This document shows, piece after piece, positions 50,838 through 61,800 of a stretch of DNA of 64,000 nt. Under the pieces are notes generated by a model, which saw nothing but the letters and a program-made list of their open reading frames with translations, ran no database searches and was not told the origin of the DNA. A program made the translations under genes and the position numbers. Where the stretch lies: assembly GCA_965240325.2 (NCBI GenBank), contig OZ251231.1, forward strand, positions 2,108,001-2,172,000, read 5' to 3'. This DNA is from Rebecca billardiae RCC1528. Lineage: Eukaryota; Protista; Haptophyta. Numbering within the stretch: the stretch's first letter is position 1; every line of letters starts with the position of its first letter.

Positions 50838-51112
50838 GGCGGCCGTGGCCCGCCGCCGCGCGCCCGGCTTCTGCAGTGCACTGTGCATACCAACGGACTA
50901 CGTTTTCAACGGTCTACTGTCACGCCTTAACCAAGTGTGCACGTTAAAACATAGTAAACTGTACAATATCTGATCTCGCCTGCCTGAGCTGTGTTAGTGT
51001 GTGCGTCTCGTATTCTTAGTAAACTGTACAGGCGTCGGATCATTCTGGGCGGCCGCAATCGTCTCGCAAATCCTGATGATGATCGATGGATGCCCTGAAT
51101 CAGTCTGACGAG

Positions 51113-52711
51113 TCACCAGACTGACCGCCGCGATGCATCTGCCGACGTGGACGGTCGCCTGAGCGGTCCTGCCGGGCGGCCGGCCGTCGCCGTCGCTGCC
51201 GGCCGCGCAGGCCGCGCGCCTCGCGGATCGCGCTCGGGCACGTCGAAGAAGCTGCCAGCGCCTCCGCCGCCGAGGGAGCCCGAGCGGAGCGTGCGCCCTC
51301 TGCCGACCGTCACCACCGCAGCGGACGCGGTCGCTGGGCGCTGCGCGAACTGTCCGTGCGACATGGCGCGGCCAAGCAGCTGCTCGTGGCGCGGGAGGTG
51401 CCGCATCGGCGCGCCCACCCCCGCGCTCGGCGGCAGCGAGGACGACAGCCCCTGCCCGACCGCCGCTGGCGCGTGCCACCGCTGCAGCTGCTCGCGCGCA
51501 GCTCGAGAGTTGGCGGCGGCCGCGGCGGCCGCGGCCGCGGCTGTCGCGGCCTTGGTCGGCCCGGCGCCTGGCGGGGCGGTGCGAACATGCGCGATCGGGA
51601 TCTCCGCGTCGTACGCCCCTCCCGCAGCGAAGTTGAGCAGTGCCTGCCCGGCCGTCCGACTCGGCCCTGCTGTGCCGCCGCCGCCGCCGCCGCCGCCGCC
51701 GTCGCCGCCGCCGCCGCCGCCGCTGAGGGGACCGCCGCCGCTGAGGGGACCGGCGGTGCCCGGCCTCGGCGCGCCGTGGCTGGTCGCCGGGCGGTCGCCG
51801 GCGCCCGCGCCGGCGCCGACGAGGCTCGGCGGCCCGAGCGCCACCCGCTCGCGCAGCTCGTCGCGCTCGCGCTCCGCCTCGAACCGCTTTACCGCCTCCG
51901 CCTTCCGCTCCTGCTGCATCCGGCCCAGCTCCGCGCTCAGCCGCGCGGAGCGGGCCAGCGCGCCGTCTCGCTCGCGCGCGAGCGCGGAGGCGCTGAGCTC
52001 GGCGAGCCGCGCCTCGAGCTCGGAGGCGCGCTGCACCGCATCGTCTCGCTCCGAGATCACCACCGCCGCCTCCTCCGCGTCCAGCCCCGCCGCGTCCGCC
52101 CCGTCCCGCCCCGGCGCGCCGGCGGCGGCAGCTGGCTGTCCGGCCTCGGCGGCGGCCAGCTCTGCGCACAGCACGGACGCCTCCGCTGCGGCACGGCGAG
52201 CGGCGTGGCGCTCTGCGGCGAGCGCGTGCTGTACGCGCGCCTTCGCCGCATGCGCCGCGTTCAGGTCGAGCGTGAGCTTCTGGATCACCGCCGTCTGCGC
52301 GCGCGACAGCTTGACCTGCGAGTTGGCCGTGTAGAGCCGGTCGTCGACCGTGCGCAGAGCGTCGCGCAGCTGGCGCAGGTGGCGCCCATCGGCGGAGGGC
52401 ACGCCGCCCGAGGAGGCCTGGGCGAGCGCGGACTGCGCCTCGTCGAGCTCGCGCACGCGCTCCTCGAGCTGCTCCACCGCGTCGCGCGCCTGGTCGAAGC
52501 GCGCGCTCCAGCGCGAGACGTCGCCATCGAGCTGCGCCGCGATCTCGTCGAGCGTGCGCGCGCGCACCGGGATCGGAGGGCGCGGCCCGGCGCGGGTGCG
52601 GGCGGCGGCAGTCGCCGCGCGCGGTCGCGAGCGCCACGGCTCCGACCCGGCGCGAAGATTCGCCACCGTCTCCACCTGCGACAGGCGTCGCTCGGACTCG
52701 AGGTCCGCCAT
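51113..52711 (-). CDS. Coiled-coil protein of unknown function with a disordered tail carrying RPxT[AS] motifs
   Basis: Heptad stretches (VEQLEERVRELDEAQSAL, ELEARLAELSA). Motifs RPATSH, RPGTAG, RPATAS and RPSTSA. Confidence 0.75.
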   Translation of the reverse strand: MADLESERRLSQVETVANLRAGSEPWRSRPRAATAAARTRAGPRPPIPVRARTLDEIAAQLDGDVSRWSARFDQARDAVEQLEERVRELDEAQSALAQASSGGVPSADGRHLRQLRDALRTVDDRLYTANSQVKLSRAQTAVIQKLTLDLNAAHAAKARVQHALAAERHAARRAAAEASVLCAELAAAEAGQPAAAAGAPGRDGADAAGLDAEEAAVVISERDDAVQRASELEARLAELSASALARERDGALARSARLSAELGRMQQERKAEAVKRFEAERERDELRERVALGPPSLVGAGAGAGDRPATSHGAPRPGTAGPLSGGGPLSGGGGGGDGGGGGGGGGTAGPSRTAGQALLNFAAGGAYDAEIPIAHVRTAPPGAGPTKAATAAAAAAAAAANSRAAREQLQRWHAPAAVGQGLSSSLPPSAGVGAPMRHLPRHEQLLGRAMSHGQFAQRPATASAAVVTVGRGRTLRSGSLGGGGAGSFFDVPERDPRGARPARPAATATAGRPAGPLRRPSTSADASRRSVW

Positions 52712-52812
52712 CGGTGGGTGCGAAGCAAAACCGATGAGCAGCGCCGTGTCGCAGCTGGGTCCGGCCAGTTTTGAGTCGTGGTCCGGGTGCAGGGCGCGAA
52801 AAAGCAAGGGCG

Positions 52813-53110
52813 ATGGTGAAGGCGACCGCGGACGGCCGTGTCGCAGCCGCGGGGGCGCTGACGCTCACCGCGTGTGCATGCGCGATCATCGCGCTCGCAC
52901 GGCTAACGCCTTCACGCCCGCCCGAGCAGCGCCCTCTCCACGCCTCGACGGTGCCCTTACATGCGCTGCTCAGCCCTCCTGTCCCATCGCCGCCCAGCCC
53001 GCCACTCGCGCCGCCCCCGCCACTGTCGCCGCCCCCGCCACTGTCGCCCCCCACACCACCCTCGTCGCCGCCTCCGACCCCGCCACCCGCGCCGTCGCCC
53101 CTGCCCCCCT

Positions 53111-53141
<31 letters not shown>

Positions 53142-54186
53142 TGAGCACGAGGCGGAGTGGCTCGCACGATGGCTGCACGGCCTGGAGCTCGGCGTTGCAG
53201 AGGGCGCGGAGCGCGCGCCCGGTGGCGGACGCCGGCCGAGCACCGAGCCGCGCACGTACGCGGGGGGGCACTCGTGTCCGGCTGGCACGGTGACGAACGC
53301 GTACCACCGCGACTTTGACCTGCGCCCGGCGTGCTCGCAGGTGTGCGTGTGGCCCGCGCACGCCGCGGCGTTTGAGCGCGCTGGCGGGTACGTGGGCGGC
53401 ACGTGCGCCGACCACGGCTGCACGCGGCCCATCGGCGTGCAGCTGGTGAACGCGAGCGCGGCGGCGGAGGCGAACGGCACCGGCGTGCCGCCGCTCAAGC
53501 TCTTCGCCTTCGCGTGCCCACGCTGGATCGTGGGCATGCAGGCCGAGGCGCTCGCCGCGCTCCCGCCGCGCTGCCTGGCGTCGCTGAGCGCGCCGCGCTG
53601 CGCCGCGCACGCGCGCTCCCTCTACGCTGCGCTCGGCGCGGCGGTGCAGCAGCGGATCGAGGAGGCGCGCGCCGCGGCGGCGGGGAGCAGCGGGCGCTAC
53701 GGGGCGGGTGGGGGTGGCACCCCGCCGCCCACCGAGCGCAGCCCGCGCGGGCGCCTCCGGCTCGGGCGCACGGGCTGGGTCGTCGTGATCGCGCTGGGGG
53801 CGGTCGCAGCGGCCGCGGCGGTGGCCGCCCTCGGCCTGCTGCTGTTCAGGCGCGCGCGCCGAAGGCGAGCTGTGCGCAGGGGATCCGCGCCAGCACCGCC
53901 GACGCGGCAGAGCCCGCCCGATGCTCTCAGCGGGGGCGTGTACTTCGACTCGATGGGCGACGAGTACCGCAGCAAGGAGGAGGCGGAGGCACAGGACCTG
54001 GCGTACGCGCAGGCCATGAGCCTGTCGCACTCGACGGCCGCGCGCGAAGGCGTCGAGCCGGGGGTCGGGCCCGCGGCCGCGCGCTCGGCCGCGGGTGGGG
54101 GCGCCCGCGGCACCGCGGCATCGGGCGGGGGCCGCAGCGCCAACGCCGGCCGCCGTGTCTTCTTCAAGCTACCCGGCCAGCCATGA
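52813..54186 (+). CDS. Membrane protein: signal/anchor, SPPP-rich stalk, Cys-rich domain, TM helix, cytosolic UIM-like motif
   Basis: ALTLTACACAIIALA, PPSPPLAPPPPLSPPP, a Cys cluster, WVVVIALGAVAAAAAVAALGLLLFRR and EEAEAQDLAYAQAMSLS. Confidence 0.75.
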
Positions 54187-54423
54187 ATTAAATGATGTCG
54201 TCATGAATTAACGACGTGGTATGCAACGGGCAGGCGTCAGAGTCAGCAAGCTGTAGTACATGAATGAATATATAATATTGAATATACTACTCCGGCAGTG
54301 ATGCTCGTCGCTACTGCTCACTGCTGCAGTGCACTGCTGGTGACACCTGGCGGACCACCCCACAGTGTTGGGCTTGTATCATGTATATGCTGTTGGCATC
54401 AATGGCATACGTATATATATATA

Positions 54424-55235
54424 TAGTGGCCCTCAAGTTTAAGCGATAAAATCAAGCGGCGGCTCTATCGTCGGCGCTGAAGGTGAAGGCCGTGGTGCTG
54501 ATGGCTGCGTACTTGGGGCTGATGCCCGCCCACAGTCACGTGTTCAACCTTGCCGTGTCGTGCGCGAGGCGGCGGTAGCGTGCGCTGAAAGTAGGTGCAG
54601 CCGATCGGCGAGCTCGACGGTAGCCGCGCGGCGGCCTCCCGACCAAGCCGTGTGAGGCAGCCGCCGGCCTGCGCCTGCGAGTCCTCCGTGCGTGGAGCTA
54701 GGCTCCCACGCGTGGCCCGAGGCGTACGCGGGGTGCCGTCCGAGCGCGCCAGTACACACCGAGCGCAGCAAGCTGGGCACCCTGCGCGGCAGGAGCATGC
54801 AATCGAGCGAGCGCTGCCCACGAGCTGAGCCTGTCGAGCCGCTGGCACGGCCCGGCGCGGCAGCTGCGCGAAAGTCTGTGGTGCGCCTGCACGTGGTCAA
54901 AGCACGAGCTCACACGCTGTGTGTGGACCAGGGACACAGAGTGTACGTGCATGCGCACCACGCTCGAATTTATTGCGTGCGCGGAGCGGCGCTGTGCGTG
55001 CACGACCATGCTGGTGCATGTGAGACCAGTCAGGTCTGTGCGCGATGGCCGGCCGCGCGAGCGCGCGCGTGCGCGACACAGCACACTTGCGGGCGAGCCG
55101 TGTGTCTGCGCAGACGCGGGTGCTCCCCGACCGTGCGCCACGAGCGAGAGAGCCGCCATGGTGCGCTCGTCACGGCGTGAGCGGGCGTGCAATCACGTAG
55201 CCAGCGAAGCGAACGCTTAAACCTGAGGGGTACTA
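54424..55235. mobile_element. 812-bp non-autonomous TIR element (MITE-like), copy 1; length includes the terminal TA dinucleotides
   Basis: Ends tagtggccctcaagtttaagcg and cgcttaaacctgaggggtacta form a 22-bp inverted repeat with 3 mismatches. It abuts a (TA)n tract and is duplicated at +3516. Confidence 0.85.
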
Positions 55236-55979
55236 AGTGGTAATAAAAGAGAGGTAAATGGTGCGCTGGTGCCAGGGGTGCGCTGAGGCGCCCGGGCTGC
55301 ACCACGCGCACGACAATATTTAGGTTGGTATTCCACCACAGCGCGGCCTCCGATCATTCGGCCCTGGTGGGCGAGGAGGAGACCATGCGCGTAGTGATTT
55401 GCGAGAGCTCGCTGATGCTTAAGCGTTGCGGCGCGCGGCGGTGGCAATGCGCAGAGCATGGAGAGAAGGGCTGCAAACCACGATAGTACGACCCACTAGC
55501 GCTGCCTCTTCGAGGTTGTATGCGTCGATTGCGCTCTAACGCCGGGTGCTGCGCGCGCTGTGTCGCCCAGGCGGCCGCCACCGCGCCGCACGCGGCCGTC
55601 GCCGGAGCTCTTGGACGGATGATGGCTGCGATTCAAAAGTAGATTCTTGTAACCGACCAATCGGCAAGCAGCTTGTGCATGGCTGCAGGGCGACCGCCGC
55701 CGGCGGCCGAGAGCCCCACGGTGCGACCATGCGCACAGCGAGCAGCGGCGCCGACGATCATGGCCAACTTGAGCTTAGCCGTGGCATACAGGAAGGGTCA
55801 GCGCGTATCGAAGACTGCGATGGCAGCGACCTATGATCGCCACGACCTCTCCGTGAACGACGGGCTCGGCCAAGCCATTGAGATGGTGCTGGGGCTCATA
55901 TGTTTGGGACGGACTTCACCGAGCCAGATGCCGGTAACGTCGATGCAGGGCTGTGCGACGCGCGTGCACGCCCGCACTT

Positions 55980-57642
55980 GAGGTCACAGCTGCCCGCGCG
56001 CCACCACCATGGCCAGAGTTTTGGCTTAGCTCAGCTCACACGACCTCACGACCTGCCGATCAGCCGGCGCCTCACGGCTCAGGCAACAACACGGCTGCTG
56101 CGGCGCGTGCGCGCAAGCTGGCGCGCCGGCGCGGCGCGCAGTGCCAGGTACGGCCCCAGTGAGCGTATACATGGCACCGGCGGCCCGCCTCTACTGTCGC
56201 GCGCGCGAGAGCTCGAGCTCGAATCTGACCAAGCTGAGCTGGGTGTGTCACGGCCAACGGCTACGGAGAGCTGCGGCTGCGGCTAGAGCCAGCGAGAAGC
56301 GCCGAGTCGGCGCGCGCGCCGTGCGCATCTGAAGGGCGGGCTCGGGCACGCGGTACACGCGCGGGGGGCGTGCCGAGCGCGAGGGCGCGCGCGCGCGCTC
56401 GGCGCTCCTCCTGCGCCGCCGCCACGGCCGGAGTTTCGGCTCAGCTCAGATCTCACGACCTCCCGACCTGCCGATCAGCCGGCGCCTCACGGCTCAGGCA
56501 ACAACACGGCTGCTGCGGCGCGTGCGCGCAAGCTGGCGCGCCGGCGCGGCGCGCAGTGCCAGATACGGCCCCAGTGAGCGTACACATGGCACCGGCGGCC
56601 CGCCTCTACCGTCGTGCGCGCGAGAGCTCGAGCTCGAATCTGACCAAGCTGAGCTGGGTGTGTCACGGCCAACGGCTACGGAGAGCTGCGGCTGCGGCTA
56701 GAGCCAGCGAGAAGCGCCGAGTCGGCGCGCGCGCCGTGCGCATCTGAAGGGCGGGCTCGGGCACGCGGTACACGCGCGGGGGGCGTGCCGAGCGCGAGGG
56801 CGCGCGCGCGCGCTCGGCGCTCCTCCTGCGCCGCCGCCACGGCCGGAGTTTCGGCTCAGCTCAGATCTCACGACCTCCCGACCTGCCGATCAGCCGGCAC
56901 CTCACGGCTCAGGCAAGAACACGGCTGCTGCGGCGCGTGCGCGCAAGCTGGCGCGCCGGCGCGGCGCGCAGCGCCAGGTACGGCCCCGGTGAGCGTATAC
57001 ATGGCACCGGCGGCCCGCCTCTACTGTCGTGCGCGCGAGAGCTCGAGCTCGAATCTGACCAAGCTGAGCTGGGTGTGTCACGGCCAACGGCTACGGAGAG
57101 CTGCGGGTAGAGCCAGCGAGAAGCGCCGAGTCGGCGCGCGCGCCATGCGCATCTGAAGGGCGGGCTCGGGCACGCGGTACACGCGCGGGGGGCGTGCCGA
57201 GCGCGAGGGCGCGCGCGCGCGCTCGGCGCTCATCCTGCGCCGCCGCCACGGCCGGAGTTTCGGCTCAGCTCAGATCTCACGACCTCCCGACCTGCCGATC
57301 AGCCGGCGCCTCACGGCTCAAGCAACGACACGGCTGCTGCGGCGCGTGCGCACACGCGCGCGCGCCGGCGCGGCGCGCAGCGCCAGGTACGGCCCCGATG
57401 AGCGTACGCATGGCACCGGCGGCCCGCCTCTACTGTCGCGCGCGCGAGAGCTCGAGCTCGAATCTGACCAAGCTGAGCTGGGTGTGTCACGACCAACGGC
57501 TACGGAGAGGTGCGGCTGCGGCTAGAGCCAGCGAGAAGCGCCGAGTCGGCGCGCGCGCCGTGCGCATCTGAAGGGCGGGCTCGGGCATGCGGTACACGCG
57601 CGGGGGGCGTGCCGAGCGCGCGCGCTCGCGCTCGAGGTCACA
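55980..57642. repeat. Tandem array of about 4 units of ~415 bp (periods 415, 415, 409)
   Basis: Near-identical ORF-track peptides at 56072, 56487, 56902 and 57311. The motif gagctcgagctcgaatctgaccaagctgagctggg recurs in each unit. Confidence 0.95.
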
Positions 57643-57939
57643 ACTCCTGTGGCTGATTTGATCTTGCGGCCTCAGTGGCCTAGGCCATGGTCATCACATG
57701 TCACGTCCCTGACTGACGCTTACGAATGACAACCCAGTCATGTTACCAATGGAGCAGCACAGTCTCGTGCAACGCGGGGAGAAGCCGGCTACTCCGAGCG
57801 CTCCGGCACGATCCGTCCTAGCCATATAGCGCGCGCGCCAGCCAGAGTCGAAACGGACTGCGCGCGTCAGAGTGAATCTTCGTCGACACCTCCTACGATG
57901 ATGCTCACGTCTCACGCGGGTTTTCAGCAGCCTCCGACT

Positions 57940-58751
57940 TAGTGGCCCTCAAGTTTAAGCGATAAAATCAAGCGGCGGCTCTATCGTCGGCGCTGAAGGT
58001 GAAGGCCGTGGTGCTGATGGCTGCGTACTTGGGGCTGATGCCCGCCCACAGTCACGTGTTCAACCTTGCCGTGTCGTGCGCGAGGCGGCGGTAGCGTGCG
58101 CTGAAAGTAGGTGCAGCCGATCGGCGAGCTCGACGGTAGCCGCGCGGCGGCCTCCCGACCAAGCCGTGTGAGGCAGCCGCCGGCCTGCGCCTGCGAGTCC
58201 TCCGTGCGTGGAGCTAGGCTCCCACGCGTGGCCCGAGGCGTACGCGGGGTGCCGTCCGAGCGCGCCAGTACACACCGAGCGCAGCAAGCTGGGCACCCTG
58301 CGCGGCAGGAGCATGCAATCGAGCGAGCGCTGCCCACGAGCTGAGCCTGTCGAGCCGCTGGCACGGCCCGGCGCGGCAGCTGCGCGAAAGTCTGTGGTGC
58401 GCCTGCACGTGGTCAAAGCACGAGCTCACACGCTGTGTGTGGACCAGGGACACAGAGTGTACGTGCATGCGCACCACGCTCGAATTTATTGCGTGCGCGG
58501 AGCGGCGCTGTGCGTGCACGACCATGCTGGTGCATGTGAGACCAGTCAGGTCTGTGCGCGATGGCCGGCCGCGCGAGCGCGCGCGTGCGCGACACAGCAC
58601 ACTTGCGGGCGAGCCGTGTGTCTGCGCAGACGCGGGTGCTCCCCGACCGTGCGCCACGAGCGAGAGAGCCGCCATGGTGCGCTCGTCACGGCGTGAGCGG
58701 GCGTGCAATCACGTAGCCAGCGAAGCGAACGCTTAAACCTGAGGGGTACTA
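57940..58751. mobile_element. 812-bp TIR element, copy 2 (direct orientation, apparently identical to copy 1)
   Basis: Same termini as copy 1. Seven ORF-track translations are identical at a constant offset of 3516. Confidence 0.85.
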
Positions 58752-58825
58752 TACCCCCGCCCCCTCGGCCTCTGGAGGCCATACCCCCATAGCATAGTGG
58801 AAAGACGCGAATACTGCTTATTAAT

Positions 58826-61800
58826 ATGAATAACCCGCAGAGGAAGCACTGCGACAGCACCGGCATCACGCACGGCCCGCCGACCAATTCTATGATTTTA
58901 AAAAGACACAGGCACGAGGGCGCAGCTCTGACTCTCCATCCATACGACAGACGAATCAGCCCGATGGCAGGCGCGACCAAGGAGCCAGCCCCAGGCGGAT
59001 CCGATGCCGGCGATGGCATTGCCACGCGCCGTCTCGTCCCCGCCGGCACGCCCGGCAACGGATCGTCGCTCGCATTCGTGCGCGAGGTGCGCGCGGGCGG
59101 GCAGTTGCCCAATGTCGACGTCATGCGTGCGGTGCGGCGCGCGAGGATCAAGGGCGCGCCGACGCGGCGTGAATACGCCAGAAACGGCTACTATGTTTCC
59201 TCGGTGGCCTTCTCGCCCGACGGCACGCGCCTCGTGCTGGGGGGGAGTGACAAGAAGGCGGCCGTGTACGACGCGTCGACGGGCGAGCTGCTGCACGAGC
59301 TGACAAGCGCTGATTGGGTCTACTCAGTGACCTTCTCGCCCGACGGTGCGCGCATTTTGGCGGGGAGCCAGGATGGCAAGGCGGCCGTGTACGACGCGCC
59401 GACAGGCGAGCTGCTGCACGAGCTCACGCGCGCTGGTGCTGTCCACTCGGTGGCCTTCTCGCCCGACGGCACGCGCCTCGTGGTGGGGAGCGATGACAAG
59501 AAGGCGGCCGTGTACGACGCGTCGACGGGCGAGCTGCTGCACGAGCTCACGCGCGATGGTGCTGTCCGCTCGGTGGCCTTCTCGCCCGACGGCGCTTGCC
59601 TCGTGCTTGGGGGGCACTACCATGGGGTGCCCGTGTATGACGCGTCGACGGGCGAGCTGCTGAACGAGCTCACGCGCGCTGGTGGTGTCCGCTCTGTGGC
59701 CTTCTCACCCGACGGCACGCGCCTCGCGGTGGCGGCCTCTGACAACAAGGCGGCCGTGTGCGACGCGTCGACGGGCGAGCTGCTGCACGAGCTGACGCTC
59801 GATGGTGCTGTCCACTCGGTGGCCTTCTCGCCCGACGGCACGCGCCTAGCGGTGGGGGCCTCGGACACGAGGGCGCACGCCGTGTACGGCACGCGCTCTG
59901 GCGAGGCGGCCGTGTACGACTCGTGCACGGGCGAGCTGCTGCACTGGCTGAAGCGCGAGGGGACCGTCAACTCAGTGGCCTTCTCGCCCGACGGCGCTTG
60001 CCTTTTGGTCGGTGAAGCCACGAAGCCGACCGTGTACCACTTGTCGACGGGCGCGCTGCTGCACGAGCTCACGCGCGCTGATGGTGTCCTCTCGGTGGCC
60101 TTCTCGCCCGACAGCACGCGCCTTGTGGTGGGTGGAATCGATAAGGCTGCCGTGTACGACTTGTCGACGGGCGAGCTGCTGCACGAGCTCACGCGCGCTG
60201 GTGGTGTCCTCTCGGTGGCCTTCTCGCCCGACGGCGCTTGCCTCGTGCTTGGGGGCCACCACCAAGGGGTGCCCGTGTACAACACATTGACGGGCGAGCT
60301 GCTGCACGAGCTCAAGCTCGATTGGGTCTCCTCGGTGGCCTTCTCGCCCGGCGGCACGCGCCTCGCGGTGGGAAGCTTACGGCAGAAGGTGGCCGTGTGC
60401 GACGCTTCGACGGGCACGCTGCTGCACGAGCTCACGTGCGCTGACGCTGTCTTCTCGGTGGCCTTCTCGCCCGGCGGTACGCGCCTCGCGGTGGGGGGCA
60501 GGGACAAGAAGGCTGCCGTGTACGACGCGTCGACGGGCAAGCTACTGCACGAGCTGACGCTCGATGGTGACGTCCACTCGGTGGCCTTCTCGCCCGAAGG
60601 CATGCGCCTAGCGGTGGGGAGCGATGACAACAAGGCGGCCGTGTACGACGCGTCGAAGGGCGAGCTGCTCCACGAGCTCACGCGCGCTGGTGCTGTCCAC
60701 TCGGTGGCCTTCTCGCCCGACGGCATGCGCCTAGCAGTGGGGAGCCATGACAAGAAGGCAGCCGTGTACGACGCATCGACGGGCGAGCTGCTGCACGAGC
60801 TGAAGTGCGCTGGTGGTGTCACCTCGGTGGCCTTCTCGCCCGACGGCAGGCATCTTGCTCTCGCGTCGGGCGAGGCGGTCCACCTCGTCCTGGCGGATGT
60901 CCCAGTCTTCAACCTGCTGGAGCGCTCGGCGGCCGCGCTCACGCGCACGGTGCGGAGCGCCGCCTCGCACGCCGAGCCGTCCACCGGCGCGACGCTCGCG
61001 GAGATACTGATCGAGGAGGGCGAGACGGCGTTGCTCAGGGAACTCGTGCACCCGCATCGCGCCCCGTTCGTCCCGCCGCCCGTCGCGCTTGACGCCGGCT
61101 CGTTCGCGCTCGCCATCGAGCACAACAACGTGGCCGCTGCTGAGCTGCTCTTCGAGGCGGCGCTGCGCCCAAATGTGCCGCACGGCTCCGACGCGCGCAC
61201 CGCGGCCGTGCTGGCGATCCCCGCGCTCGTCGCGGACGGGCAGGCGCAGCTCATCGCGCGCGTGATGCGTCGGCTCGTCATCTGGCGGCGGGATTTCCCG
61301 CCCTTCCAGGCGCGCGCGCTGGGCGCCCCCGACGGCGGCGGCGGTCCGGCAGCCGCGTCGACGGCAGTGCCGCCGCTTGGCCAGGTGCTGCACAGTGGCA
61401 AGGCCGACTACTACACCACGGGCGTGTGGCGCGAGCACGTCGTGAGGCACCCGCACGGCGCGCGCGCGGTGGCGCACGTGCTGCCGATGCCGTGCATCAC
61501 GTGCGGAGCCACGCTGCGCGCGCTCGTCCGCATCGAGAGCGGTGCGATGTGGGGCTGTGACGCGCTGCGCGCCGCGTGCGAGGTGGTGTGGCTCGAGCAC
61601 GTGCGCAGGTACCACCTCGCGCTGTGCGCAGTGCTGCTGCTCGAGGCGGCGCTGTTTAGCGCGGCGTGCGCGTTGGTCGTGTGGCCGGACGTGGCCTTCA
61701 CGCCCGATGTCGGCGGCGCGCGCCGCGCCGCCACAGTGTACGGCGTGAACGGCGCCCTCGCGCTCGTCGCGCTGAGCCTGCTGGGTGTCGAGGCGCGCCA

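Noticed and set aside
55980-57642. Possible CRISPR-like array
   Set aside because: Units are ~415 bp, contiguous and lack unique spacers. There are no cas genes and the context is eukaryotic.
54424-58751. LTR retrotransposon (TRIM/LARD) interpretation
   Set aside because: No TG...CA termini, no polypurine tract and no gag/pol. Only a bare TGG follows copy 1. Each copy has its own long TIR, which favours DNA elements, although this reading is not fully excluded.
59185-60890. Diversity-generating retroelement driving WD40 variation
   Set aside because: No reverse transcriptase or template repeat is present in the window, and variation includes indels and block swaps rather than an obvious adenine-only pattern.
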